A DNA stretch of 62,725 nucleotides, counting the filler, from Nemertoderma westbladi (Eukaryota; Animalia; Xenacoelomorpha): assembly GCA_032718475.1 (NCBI GenBank). It is 3 parts of 3 records of this genome, joined end to end, with 100 filler letters (N's around TTAATTAATTAA, not from the genome) between each part and the next. Parts side by side here need not be neighbours in the genome. Positions count along the whole stretch, not along the records: positions 26,804 to 45,146 come from JAUCBJ010004563.1; 2 more parts are not named here. One strand, 5' to 3'. The translations under genes were made by a program, and so were the position numbers. Below the pieces are notes generated by a model, which worked only from the letters and a program-made list of their open reading frames with translations, did no database searches and was not told the DNA's origin. The first letter of the stretch is position 1; every line of letters starts with the position of its first letter. This document shows positions 26,810 to 40,020 of the stretch, piece after piece.

Positions 26810-27262
26810 TATCACGGCTATATACCTTATAACTCCCGTCACTCACTTCTTAGAACCTGATATTATTATCGTTTACTTCTTGTAAAATTAGTTAATTTCG
26901 GTTTCTTGTTGAAACTTAGTTTGATAAATCCTTTTGTAAAACTGTAAATATACTGCAATTTCCTGACATGTTTTCTTTTGGTCCGACTTCGGGACAGCCG
27001 AACACCAGGGAGATGGCAGCCTAGACCGTTAGGCCGTAAGCAACGCAGGGAAGGGATGTCCACAACACGCTAGCGCCCACATTGGATTGACCGCGCACCC
27101 CCTTTGCCCCTTCGAAATGCTCAACTTGCTATGCAGCGCCCGCTTTGTGAGAAGGTAAGACTTTGTTCGACGCCCTTGCCCGCCGTAAGACCTATAGATC
27201 AGGGTAAGCGTGACACCGTACTGGACGCCGCAAATTTAGGATCAAATAATTATATCCAGACA
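26810..27262 (-). mobile_element. Possible LTR (about 450 bp) preceded by a polypurine tract
   Basis: On -: AAAGGGGGGG-T-TGTCTGGA...GCCGTGATA (CA>TA?). No gag/pol and no TSD seen. Confidence 0.35.
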
Positions 27263-28750
27263 ACCCCCCCTTTGTCAAGTCCTACGAATCCCTGGGTTAA
27301 CCTGTACTTCCTACAGGTGCGAACTATTGCCATTCGTCAGTACGCGAGTACACATTAGGCACGGACAGCATACGTTCCATAATTTAGTGATTCATAGCAC
27401 TGACTGTTTGGTACCGGTTCGCTTTGTAGAACGTACATTAGTACCCCCCCCCCCCCCCCCCCCTGTCTGGAGTTAGCTATTTGATCAGGCAAGGAGTATT
27501 TCTGCTACCGGCACACTGCTTGGCCTAGGGAGGTTTATTAATATCCTACCGCGCCTTGCCACGTACTGATAGGTATTGCTGCTAACTACCGCAGCAACAA
27601 AGTTCTAGAATTAAATTAGTATACCAGATCAGCTAACGTACGGTAGCGATTAACCCCTATTTCTTATCTTACAACCAGAATCTGGTATTAGTGCCGATCA
27701 CGGGTGTAGTTACTAACACTGTGGTTGCCCATTGGGTTGTGGATAGGAAGGAGAGAGCTTTGACGTCGTTCGTGAGTATAAAGTTCTACAAACGCGACTA
27801 GTTTATTTTAGTAGCTAGCGCACGGTATCATTTAGTCAGAAAATCACTAAAACCTAGTAAAAGGAATTACTCGAAATTGTTTTATTTGTAACACACCCAC
27901 ACACACACGCCCTAAAACATATCGCACTTAAAGTTCTACTAGCTATAGCGTACTATACATTACTTTAGGTGGAAATTGTCTGTATTTGTAAAATTAGGAT
28001 CTGATTTAGTTGCGGCAATAAGGAGTATTTCACTTTCGTTATTAAACTGTTGTGTTGTCCAGCAGTTATTGTTTCATTTAGGCCTGACCCTTTAGACTGA
28101 TTTCGTACAGGGGGATCAGTTATTGTTACATTTAGGTACGACCCCTTTTCGACTGATTCAGGACTGTCAGTGTTGTTACACTAGGTCTGTTAACCACCTA
28201 GTTCGTATATAAACCATATAAATCACACCGCGGCAAGTTACTGTATTTAGGACTGTCAGTGATAGTTAGGATTCGCTGCGCGGGGATTGTTTTCCCGTGA
28301 GTTTGGTCTGTTACGGTAACTGTACATCTGCCTCACCGGTTAGAGGACAGGTATCCTTCTGTCTAGTACGTAGGCATTCGACCCGCTCACGTACATAGAA
28401 TAGATACAAGGCTCTGTTCCTCGCCAGTAGTCGTTTGTGTACTATATCTGTTTGTTTAGATATCCTGGACTGGGATTTGTTGTCAGATACTGTACAAGCC
28501 CGTATCGTATACATTACTAGAGTCTCATAGTAAGATACATCGTTACTAGGATCTGGTAAGCGGTATACTACTGGACCCTTACAATAATTATTTCTAAGGC
28601 ATACAGTACGCTTTATACCTACAGTACATACAATGCAATATTGCAAAATAGTGCTCTACAGTACACTGTATATACTAATACCGGTACTTATCGCCTAAGA
28701 GAACAGCAGTAGAGAAACCGGTAGCAAGGAACCTAACGGTAGATTTCTGG

Positions 28751-30754
28751 CAGTGGCGTGGTGGGACCCAGTATGGGGCCCGGGAAATCCCAAAATAAGG
28801 GCCCATTCATAAATGCTAGATCACCTAGAATTTTGACCACCCCCCCCCCCCCCCCCCCCCCCCACCACCCCCTAATGCACAAAATATTTTATAGAAAAAG
28901 GCTTTTATAAAGTTTTGAAGCGAAGTTTCGATTTAGTTATACAGTAGTTGTTGCAAAGGCTTCAAAATGTAGAGCTTCCTTCGCAAAGTTTTCCAATATA
29001 ACAGCTGTAGTTCAATTTCTTCAGGAGAAATGCCTCCAAATGTTAGTGAGATTGCATGAAACTTGAAATAGAGGTAGAATAATTTTTAGCTACAAGCGTT
29101 CAAAAAAGGTCGATATTGCACCAGTTACTACACCATATACCATAGTTATTACACCATACACCGCAGTTTAAAAATGGCCGAGATATGAACGTTCAATAAT
29201 GTTGCATAGTGTTGCAACTCTACGAGGCTATTTTATTCTATTAAATTTTTCAAGTTAATTAAGCCGTGGGACTGGGAGTGGCACAATAAAACACGATAAA
29301 GAGAATAAATAATAAATTAAATTAAAAGCACCGTCACTTAGAAATACTGAAGTAGAGTTGATGAATCAAGTGAAGATTATTTTTAATAAATACACCATAT
29401 TCTAGAACATTTTGTACATTGAATGTGCATTGAATTGTGTACATTGAATATGAATCGCTACGTAATATTATGGTTAAAGAGGTAATGAATGCATTGTTGT
29501 ACAGCTACGTATTGGACAAACAAAATGTTCCAGATATGGTGTTTTTATTTAAATAGAATAAAATAGCGTCACGCAGATGCAAAACTATGTAACTTTCTAA
29601 CGCTCATATTCCGTTTATTCTTCAACGAAATTCAGATTGTGTTACATATTTGGAATCATTGCATGATCAGCTTTCCATCCCTACAAACACATCACAATAA
29701 CGTTGAAGAATAACTGCGGTATAACTGGTGCAATAACGACCGAGGCACTTTTTTTAAACGCGTTTAAAAAGATGCGTGCTTGGGGGGGGGGGGGGGGGGA
29801 GGTCATGTAGCTGAACGACACTATATATTCCAGGAAATGGTGTACTACTATACTGTAATCAGGTAGGTGTATAACATTGGGTGTAATATGAAGACTCACA
29901 GGACTTTGGGAATTAACAGTTGTTACATAGTGTATAGATGATAGAAATGCTAACGCTGGTGAATGCCTACCACTTCATCCGTTCAGTTATTACATAGGTA
30001 TATCCAATGACTTTTAGACAAACTGACCAATCAGACAACACGTTGACCAGCGTTCTCAGACAGATAAGATTACATCATGTTTATTACATTAGAGTAACCT
30101 ACCTATGTACCTCTATTTCATGGGAGATGACTGGTATATTGAACTCTGGTAGATGGTCAGCTCAGGTGAAACGAATGCATTCCCAACTGTTATATGTACA
30201 TACACAGCACACAGCATTAGAGGGGAAGAGGGCGCCCCCCTACGGTAGGCAATTAGGCTCCCTTTTCCTAGTAACAACTCAATATTTACAGACTACTGCT
30301 AAAGAAAGGCTGGCCATTATTGGGTAATGAATGAGGCAGGGTATAGAACAGGTGTAAATGGAGTATGTCTCCATCGTGAATTCTATCTGGTCTGGCGGGC
30401 TGGCACTAATGTAACTTCAACACAGTTTGCCTTGTCTGACGCCTGAGGGGACTTTTTCAATATAGAATAATGCTGGTATGTGCTCCTACCAACGTTTACT
30501 ACCCCCCCCCCCCCCCCCCCCTCATCCTATCAAACCCTCTTAGATTAGTGCTGTGCTTGCTAACTGCGACATGGGGCCTTTATAGCTATTGTTTTGGTTT
30601 CGTTGCTTAAATTTTATTGGAAATATGTAATACCTACTACTATAATTTTTTATAACATCAATATAATTTTCTGACCCTGAGGGGCCCGGGGGGCCCTGAG
30701 CGTCAAGGGGGCCCGGGAATTTTCCCGAATAGATGTATGGCCACCACGCCACTG
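28751..30754. mobile_element. hAT-type non-autonomous DNA transposon
   Basis: Perfect 14-bp TIR CAGTGGCGTGGTGG / CCACCACGCCACTG and perfect 8-bp TSD ATTTCTGG (28743-50, 30755-62). Subterminal ggggccc motifs. Contains a MITE-family copy at ~29040-29845. Confidence 0.9.
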
Positions 30755-30890
30755 ATTTCTGGAGGACATAAATAGTAAAAAAAAAGGACATCATGAGTGA
30801 TTTAAACGTACAAGAAAAATTATTGCGAAGATAAAATATAACCAAATCTGGTAGTAAATGTTAAAGTCGGTAAATTTACTGTCGATAATG

Positions 30891-31525
30891 TCGTCCCTTT
30901 CATTTTGAAACCATCTATATGCCATTTTTGCCGAAATGGAAATTTCTGCATTTCTTTATGTTAAAATGTATTCTGAATCCGATTAACACACTTAGAAGGC
31001 CATGCTCCCACGTATAACTGAGATATTTATCGTTTCAAAACCACCTATATGCCAGTTTTGCATAGACGGCATGATAAAGAATTATTTTTTTTTAAAACAA
31101 CCTATATAATACATGTTACTATTAGAAATAGGGTAAGCCCGGGAAACGGTGATATAAAATTGGAAACAACGAATCAGGAGCTAGAACTGTTGTTTATTAT
31201 GATAGAGGGAGATTTGTTTAATAATTTTAAAACTTAATAATCAAATTTGTCTTAAGAGTTTTAATACTTTATGAGTAATAATTGTAAAAAATGTAAAATT
31301 TTTTTTTAAACAACCTATATCCCTATACATTGTTTCCTACCGAATATGTTACATAATTCAAATACCATAACTATTTTTGTTTAAAATCGTTACATTTAAT
31401 GGATTTAAAAGTAAATAAGACCAAAATCCTGGAATATTACATTCAAACAAAATTAGAATCGAAAATGCCGTTTTACAGGAAAAGTCAATTTTGTCATTTA
31501 GGTTGTTTGAAAATGAAAGGTACGA
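30891..31525. mobile_element. MITE with ~27-bp TIRs and a 2-bp TSD
   Basis: tcgtccctttcattttgaaaccatcta versus reverse-complemented right end tcgtacctttcattttcaaacaaccta. Flanked by TG/TG. Absent from the paralogous site at ~38480. Confidence 0.8.
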
Positions 31526-31595
31526 TGTGACGTCTATTGACTTATTTTTGACCTTTAAAACAAATTAATTCCCCATCATACAGTACAGTACTTAC

Positions 31596-31718
31596 CTTCA
31601 CACAACGTCCCAGCTCCTGTGTATCCCACTTGGCAGGCACAATCGAATGAACCCGGTGTGTTGGTACAGTCGGCATTCTCATGACAATCATCAGTGTTAT
31701 CTTGGCATTCATCGATGT
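31596..31718 (-). CDS. Calcium-binding EGF domain exon (phase 1-1, 123 nt)
   Basis: ttttag|AC...GAAG|gtaagt; encodes [41 protein letters not shown]. Confidence 0.9.
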
Positions 31719-31787
31719 CTAAAATATGTGAAGTTTCAAAAAATTTAGTCAATTAATTTAATATAATTGTATAATAATTATAATTGT

Positions 31788-31870
31788 CAGGTCAGGTCAG
31801 GTCCCCAGATCCTGCTACCACTATGGCAGTAATGTGGTACTACCTGTAGCTGTCAGCCCAGTAGGGCAGG
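31788..31870 (+). ncRNA. Predicted double-pseudoknot RNA element at the RTE-A 5' end
   Basis: Helices caggt/acctg, cctg/cagg, taccac/gtggta, tggcagt/gctgtca and ccc/ggg. Covaries with 61018-61126. Confidence 0.55.
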
Positions 31871-32267
31871 CCCAATAAGCATAGCCTATTCATTATTTAG
31901 TTGATCAAGAGTGGGTTGGTTCAGCCCCGTCAACTAAATAAGTCATTGATGGCTATAGCGCCTAGGGCACCATTGAAGGGAAAGGCTTGATACGCATCTG
32001 CATTAGAGATGATACAAGCCCCGCCCTGTCTATACTGGATGCTCCTCTACCAGTGTTAGGTAACCTAACCCAGGAGGCACACTTGGTTCAGGGCGTAACA
32101 AATGGACCCCTACAGTCGGCAGCAGGGCTGTAGGTAGGCCATGGATAGGTGGAAGGTAATCAACCAACGGCTAGACATGCTGACAAGGTCGGCGGAAGGT
32201 AATCAACCAACGGCGACCTACTGCGAAGACGCTTGTAGGAGTTGCGACCACAAGCGGTTTACTCGGT

Positions 32268-35200
32268 ATGAGAACCCTCCAGGAGAAATACCGGCTCGGT
32301 CGTCGCCCGGGTCAACAAGGACCGCGTCCCTCAGTGGTACACCAGGCTGGGGTCGATAAATTGGCTACTGGAACAGAAGACAGAGAAGAAAGAAGAACCA
32401 ACCTGTTGAAATGTAAAAAGACACTAAAGATTGCTACAATGAACGCACGCATGCTGAAAGCACAGAGCAAACAGGGTGACATGGTCGCTCTGGCAATGGA
32501 ATATAATATCGACATCATCTGCATCCTAGAACATCGGATTTGTCATGAAGACACTGCCATGAAGTACAATGACATTGGAAATGGATGGACGTTAGTAACA
32601 AGCTCAGCAGTAAGAAACTCGGCCAATGCATCAATTGGTGGAGTAGGAATTCTGCTAAGCCCATTTGCACTTAAGACCCTAAACAACATCGAATCTATAA
32701 ATTCCAGGGTTATGATCGCAACATTTGATGGGAATCGCAAGACAACAGTTATATGTTGCTACAGTCCAACCAATGCATCAGAGCCAGAACAAGCAGTCAA
32801 GTTTTATGAAGAACTGACTAGATTTATTAAGGACATCCCGAAACACAATGTTAAAGTCATTGCTGGTGACCTGAATGCGCAAATTGGCCCAGAAGACATC
32901 AAGGGTTACACCTATAACACCAGTTCTAACAGAAATGGGTACTTACTTTTAGACCTAATGGAAGAATGTGAATTGATACCAACAAACAACACATTCAAAA
33001 AGAGTAAGGGGAAGCTATGGACCTTTCAATACCCTAATGGAACCAAAGCACAACTGGATTACATCCTTATAAACAAAAAGTGGAGAAATAGCATGATCAA
33101 CTGCGAGGCATACAGCTCGTTCAACCTAATTGGTTCGAACCACAGAATTGTGACTGCAGAGATCAAACTCAGTTTGAGAGCCAGCAAACCCATGACAAGC
33201 AAGCAAATCAACTATGACTGGGAGAAACTCAGAACTGACAATGCTGTAAAGGATGCTTATACAGTAGAAGTTCAAAACCGCTTTGAAGCACTTCAGTTAA
33301 TGGATGAAGACCAATCCACCGATTCAATATACTAGAATATAATAACAGCCCACAAGGAATCAGCTAAGAGGCATATCCCCCAGAAACCTAAACGAAAACA
33401 GTATGTGCCATGGCAAAACTCTGAGGTTACTTGTAAGAGAGAAGATCTTAAGATAGCCTACAAAGTTAAAACCGAACAACCAACAACCGAAAACATTAAC
33501 AAGGTTGAGAAAGCTAAGGACGATCTTAAATTGGCCTACAACATCAGCCAGGAAAAGTACATACAGGAAAAAACTGAAGCAATTACAACTGCTCACATAC
33601 AGCAACAATCAAGACTTACCTGGCAAACTGTAAATGAGGTATCTGGTCGGAAAAGTTGTGCAAAGGGGCGCCTCAAAGCCGATAGTACTGAAGAATGTGT
33701 TGGGAAGTGGAAAAATCACTTCAGCAACTTGCTTGGGCAGCCACCAAACATCGAGGTCAGCCCTACAAGGAAAATATATGACAAGACACTACCTATAGAA
33801 ACAGGGGACTTCACACCTGCCGAACTCCAAAGAAGCATTAAAAGCATGTCCAATAATAAAGCGAGTGGATTAGATGAAATCCCAGCGGAGGTATGGAAAA
33901 CCGGAGTGCTAAATAGACCATTATTGAATGTTTGCAACCGGATGTTAAAAGGGGAAAAGCCACCACCAATTTGGACTAAAGGTCAACTAAAGCCTCTCCC
34001 CAAGAAAGGAGACCTCGGCATACCAACAAACTATCGTGGCATCTGTCTGCTTGTGGTAGCTGCCAAAATATACAATAAAATGATTCTATATAGGATTAGG
34101 CCTCACATAGAGAAACTACTGCGTAAGAGCCAAAACGGATTTCGACCAAGTAGATCAACAATAGCTCAGATACTTGCACTACGGAGACTGATTGAAGGAC
34201 TTAAGTCAAAGAATCTCCCCGCAGTCATGACTTTTGTGGACTTCAAGAAGGCATTCGACTCCATCCATAGAGGTAAAATGCTTGAAATCCTAAGAGCTTA
34301 TGGAATACAAGAAGTAATTGTTGCTGGCATTTGATTGTTATATTGTGACACAGAAGCGCAGGTACTCTCACCAGATGGTGAAACTGAGTTTTTATCAATC
34401 CTGGCTGGCGTACTGCAAGGTGACACATTAGCACCATTACTATTTGTAATTGTGCTGGATTATGCAATGAGGACGGCCACAAAGGGTGAAGATCTGGGAT
34501 TCACACTTCAAGAACGCAGAAGTAGTAGATATCCGGCAACTACAGTCACAGACACCGACTTTGCGGATGACATCGCCCTGCTCTCTAATACGCTAGCAGA
34601 TGCACAGCTTCTACTAAATAAAGTGGAGAGGGCTGCTAAGGAGGTTGGATTGCTTATAAATGCTACCAAGACCGAATTCATGACCTTTAATGTTGATGGA
34701 AACTTGACAACCATTGATAATAATCAACTAAGGCAGGTCGATGACTTCCAGTACCTTGGATCATGGATAGAGAGTAGCAAAAAGGACATAGAAGTTAGGA
34801 AAGCAAAGGCTTGGGTAGCTCTATCAAAAATGGATACCATCTGGAAATCAGATCTCTACAGGCACCTGAAGACTAAGTTCTTTCGAGCCACAGTGGAAAG
34901 TGTATTTTTATACGGGGGTGAGACCTGGACACTGACTAAATCACTTGAACAACGAATTGATGGTTGCTACACAAGACTACTAAGGGCAGCCCTAAACATC
35001 AGCTGGAGACAACACATGACAAACGCCGAGCTTTATGGTACAATACCACCTGTATCAACCACCCTCCGTAAACGCAGATTACGATTCAGTGGGCACTGCT
35101 GGCGAAGTAAAGACGAGGTCATACCAGATCTACTTCTCTGGCAACCAACTCATGGAAAGCGTAGTCGTGGACGACCTGCCATAACATATATAGATCAACT

Positions 35201-35303
35201 TGAAAGGGATACTGAACTTGGGAGAAACGAAATTGCGACAACTATGGAGAATCGGGAAGCCTGGAAGGATCTCATTTCCACTGTCCGAGTTCGCTCGACC
35301 TAG
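32268..35303 (+). pseudogene. RTE single ORF (APE endonuclease plus RT) with two in-frame nonsense codons
   Basis: ORFs 32268-33335, 33405-34334 and 34335-35303 share one frame, with stops at 33333 and 34332. Motifs IATMNAR, CYSPT, GDLNA, QLDYIL, NYRGI, GVLQGDTLAP, FADD. Confidence 0.92.
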
Positions 35304-37692
35304 TAGTAGTACTTATAATTGTAATGTGTTGTTACAGTTTGCGTTGTTGGCATGGCAATGTAGTAAATGCATTCATCGAAGGCTAAAATATTATTGAATG
35401 GACAATTTTTTGTATTGTAATTATAATTACTGTAATGTACAAACAGAGATTCTATAACATTTGTATAACTCAATAAGTATAATCGTTATATAACAATATA
35501 TAATAATATATTGACTCAATAGGTGCCATGCAATTCCGTGTCAACATTTCCAAAAGCCGAATGACATCGAGCCATCGATACGGACTCCTCAATAGACTAT
35601 AGAGACAAACTCTTATTGAAGGAAAACAAACTCAATATCGTCTTTCGAAACTTTTCGGCGGTCGTTTCAAAGGAATAACACTGGTAAATATCTACCATTC
35701 AAACTCGTTACATAATGATGGGAGAAAGATCAGCCCCAACTCGACGATCTTGAACTCATTCTGCATAAGAATAACTCGATGAGTCAGATCTTGATTGCGA
35801 CATATGAACTCCAACCCGACCCCAATTTTTACGAAAGTTGCCATGGGGGGAGTGTAATCGATTTGTCACGGCTTCGTATACAGCACTATAAAAACACACT
35901 CCCTCGTGATAATAATTTTAGATGCAGTTTATATCCAATAATAACTCCCAGTGACATAAAGTTCAGTGTATATGTTTATTGGACAGTTTACCTGTCAATT
36001 TCAATTATAACTTTAACGTGTATTTAACAGATTCTTGCTAAGGAAAGACTACTATCCTTAGCAAGTGATAATTAGGGGTCAACTCCTTATTGACCCTGAA
36101 TACCGGGTTTATAAGGGGCCACATTTCAATAATACAACAGTCAGTAAGTAACTCTTGGCCTTGTAGATGGCAGCCCTTGGCACCCTATCTTGGCTCAGTT
36201 CTCATCAGTCGGGCTGGTATGTTCCTATACCCACCTTTACTTCGCCTAATGTCGGTGGGGCTTAGGAGCGTGGGTAGTTCCCGCTGAGACAGAGCCTTGG
36301 AAAACAAGACCACCTCTAGTGCTTGCGCACTCTGCCCGCAGGCTCATCAGCGCGACCTCAGTCAGACCTTTGAGTCGTAGGACAAAGTAGCAGCCAACCA
36401 ACCCCCCGGGTTTGACTCTTGTCAGTTTACATTAGTGCATGCGCCCTCTGCCCGTAGGCTCATTGGGGAGCAACCTTCGGTCAAACATCTGAGTCGTAGG
36501 ACAAAGTAGCAGTCAACTTCCTGCATCCAAGCAACCTTCGGTCAAACATCTGAGTCGTAGGACAAAGTAGCAGCCAACTTCCTGCATCCAATCGGTCCCG
36601 CCCCGGTTTGGACACCGAAAGTAACCTGGTGTTTGCACTATTGCCAAGTTTCTAATAGCGTTAAGCCGCACCAAGTATTTTACGACTTATTTTCAAATAC
36701 TTTATTCAACTAAAACCCTATTTTTACTAAAAACACGACTTAATTCCATTTAGACTATTTTTCTATTAAACTTTTACAGACTGTAAAGTATGTACTTTAG
36801 CACAGAAACGACTAAAATACTATATTTTCTGTTCTATCCTGTAGGTTACAATTATTTGGATTGTATTTTTTCTACTGTTTTTCGAGGCTATACTTTGGAT
36901 CCTAACGAACACAAAGCACCCGTCACCCGATTTCTCTTTTTCCACCTTCCCAGAGGTTTTTCTATGGTGTTACATAGCGTACATTTAGTATCCAAGGAAG
37001 ACATTAATAACAACTGAAAAATATAAATCACGGTGTTTTTGTACTATCATTGTAAATTACTACTAGTCGTCGAAGGACCGCGTTTCATGCGGGCTAATTC
37101 AAGTCACTCATCTCGACCGAGAAACCAAAACAGTAAACGAAGTGTGTTGAGATACTTTTATAAGCTGTTTAGGAGATTATCGTGCTGAAGCCATGAGATA
37201 TCCTTTACAATGGGATTCATTACAAACTAGTACCCAACCTTCGAAGGACATTCATTTCAACCTAGGATAGAATTATTCCCCAATCAAGGGAGTCTTTTTT
37301 CAGGGGGATTCAATAGAAACTAGCACACCGGCTAAAATTCCATTATGGATCAAGCTAGGACGAGCTCCCGGTCTAGGTAATGGGAAGACTACAACTTGAA
37401 TCTAGAACGCACCAGGTAATCATGTACAGCGCTCTCTAGTTAATTTTTGATTTCATTGGTTGTACTTATTTCGCAGGAAGTTCAATCTTCTGTACAATGG
37501 CTGGGTGGTGACAGATTTATAATAAATTATCGTACCGGTCGTTCGGGCCGCGTAACGTCGTCTGCGAGCCGGTAGTTCGGGAGGGCCACGGGGTAGATGG
37601 GGCTGCAGGTCTTCGGTGTGACATTGGTATTCGGGGTGCATTAAACCCACAGACTCAGGCGTTGTTACCCGCAGGCGAACCACCTCCTCCGA

Positions 37693-37881
37693 GTGGTTGC
37701 AGACCAACTGCACAGGTCATGGGGACGTCCTGTTAGCATGTCGATGGGTTGGGTCCATACAAGGATTCAGTTTGCGATAATCCGCGGGGCCTCCCACTGC
37801 CTACGTGGCTCCAGGGTGAAGTGGAGAAGCGGCCAAGTCTTTGAGGATGGTGCAGGGTTGCCAGGTAGTTGGGTGTCGTAA
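37693..37881 (+). mobile_element. 3' tip of a CRE-like (restriction-endonuclease-type) non-LTR element
   Basis: WGRPVSMSMGWVHTRIQFAIIRGASHCLRGSR fits the C-terminal W...MGW.R.R..FA..R....C.RGSR pattern I recall for CRE-like ORFs. Confidence 0.6.
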
Positions 37882-38512
37882 CAGATTAGCCGCCATGACC
37901 CGTTGTGTCGGTGTGTAGGCCTACCAACTATTTTAGTTTTTTTTTAATTTCCCATTGCTTTAAATTTTCAGATATACACTCCGTTGCTAAGTAACATAAT
38001 AAATAGTCTTCTGGTGGTGGTAGAGTTCTGGTGTGGTAAAATGTTTGGTGCAGACTAAAAATGTTGTTCTTTAAAGTTGTTCTTTCTGTGAACCATTTAC
38101 GTTGAATAGTATTTGCTATAGGCATTGCGAATATAAAAAAAAACGGTTACTCAATGGATTTTAGGCTTTAGTTTTATAATGATAAATATTAAATGAATTA
38201 GAATAAGTACCAGATTATATTATCGTACCAATACCGCGGTAAAAGCATTTCCTGAATAATGCATTCCCTCCAAATCAGTCCACCGATCAAATAAAAAATA
38301 ATTCGAGTTCTCCAGATAATTTTCTACTACGCTCTATGAAAAATATATTTCGCAATGTCCCCTTAGGGGTTCCAAACCTATAAGGTAAATGAAGTTATAT
38401 ATCTGGAAGGCTTTGTATAAGATAACATATAACCAAATCTGGTAGTAAATGTTAAAATCTGTAAATTTACTATCGATAATATGAAGTCTATTGATATATT
38501 TTTGTCCTTTAA

Positions 38513-39797
38513 CCCTATTAGTACCAGGCTATAAAATGTTGTACAAAATATTGACAGCCCCCTCTAAAATCTACAAATTGTTTGAATGAAAAAACAAGTA
38601 ACCAGCACTTTTCAGTTAGAACACAAAATTTTTCAATCACTTATACGATGCTACAAATTCACATTTATAGGTTTTCTAGGGCCCTGATTCTAATGGAATA
38701 CATTTCTAATATGCCAGATCATTGCCACTTGTATTTTTCGACGTATTTTGGGAAATTTTGGTGCTAGCACAAAATGTTTAGTACCCATCACCAAAAAGTA
38801 CAAGTTTGCGATGTCCAGTGCTGTTTTTATTGATTCCATCGGATTCAGGACCCTCATAAACCCGTATAACGCACGAAACAAGATGATACTATCTACTGAT
38901 CAATTTGCTTATTTTCAAAAATTTGGTGCTGGCACAACAATTTTCACCCACCGGCGAAAAATACAAGTTTGAAAACTCTTATGAAATTTTTACTGATTCC
39001 ATTGAATTCAGAACCCTCTCAAACCCGTATAACGCAAGAAACAAGGTGACACAATCAATTTATATATTTGATGGTTTTCAAAATTTGGTGCTAGCACCAC
39101 ATTTTGCACCCACTTCCGAAAAATACAAGTTTGAGATGTCTAGTTCGATAATTATATATTCCATTAAATTCAAAACAGACATAAACCTCTATAAAGCAAG
39201 AAATAAATTGTCACAAGCAATTTTATCTATTGAATGGATTTTCAAAATTTCGTGCTAGCACCAAAATTTGCACACAGAACCGAAAAATACAAGTTTGATA
39301 CGCTTAGTGCAACTCGTATATATTCCATCGAAACCAGAACCCCAAAAAACCTCAATTGCGTAAAAAACAAGTTTCAAACAATCAATTTCCAAAATTGAAA
39401 TATTTCAAAATTTGGTGCTGGCACCAAAATTTGGCACCGCCGAAAAAAAAACAAGTTTGAAATTTCTAAATCAATTTATATGAATTCCATCCAATTGCTA
39501 ACACCTAAAAACCGGTGTAAATAAAAAATAGGGATGTTACAAATCATATTTAATGTACTGTAATTTTCAAAATACGTCTCAAATAAAAGTGCCAAAAGTA
39601 GGGCTAAAAAATGGTGCTATAACTCGAAAACTACCAAATATCTTTGAAAACGGTTTTCACTACTAGAAAGACAATAGATTTTTAGGAAAAGTCATAAAAT
39701 GTCAGATTCCCAACTGCGTTTGTTTCAGAATTATAACAAAAATACCACGGGGAGGGTCATATTGACCCCCCCCCCCCCCCCCCCGGGTTTAATAGTG
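38513..39797. mobile_element. piggyBac-like TTAA element with about 5 internal ~165-bp repeats
   Basis: TTAA at 38509-12 and 39798-801; termini CCCTATTA / CACTATTA. A single TTAA sits at the paralogous empty site 31555-58. aaatttggtgctagcacca recurs every ~164 bp (38755-39500). Confidence 0.85.
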
Positions 39798-39833
39798 TTA
39801 AAACAAATTAATTCCCCATTCTACAGTACTTAC

Positions 39834-39956
39834 CTACACACAACGTCCCAGCTCCTCTGTATCCCACTTGGCAGGTACAATCGAATGAACCCGGAAGGTT
39901 GAAACAGTCGGCATTGTCATGGCAATCATCAGTGTTATCTTGGCATTCGTCGATGT
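39834..39956 (-). CDS. Calcium-binding EGF domain exon (phase 1-1, 123 nt), paralog of 31596-31718
   Basis: ttttag|AC...GTAG|gtaagt; encodes [41 protein letters not shown]. Confidence 0.9.
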   Translation of the reverse strand, partial: TSTNAKITLMIAMTMPTVSTFRVHSIVPAKWDTEELGRCV

Positions 39957-40020
39957 CTAAAATATGTGAAGTTTCAAAAAATTTAGTCTATTAATTTAAT
40001 ATAATTGTATAATAATTATA

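Larger units (their letters stand above)
31788..35312 (+). mobile_element. Full-length RTE-clade LINE (family A) in an intron of the EGF gene, antisense to it
   Basis: 10-bp TSD TTATAATTGT (31778-87, 35313-22), (CAGGT)3 5' start, (TAG)n tail right at the stop codon. Empty site in the paralog at 40016-40025. Confidence 0.95.

Noticed and set aside
36195-36360. CTGATGA motifs on - strand as hammerhead ribozymes
   Set aside because: No GAAA follows stem II (it reads AGAG) and there is no stem III or cleavage triplet.
35864-36614. Solo LTR TGTCACG...GGACA with internal repeats
   Set aside because: Termini are suggestive but flanks give no TSD; left unclassified.
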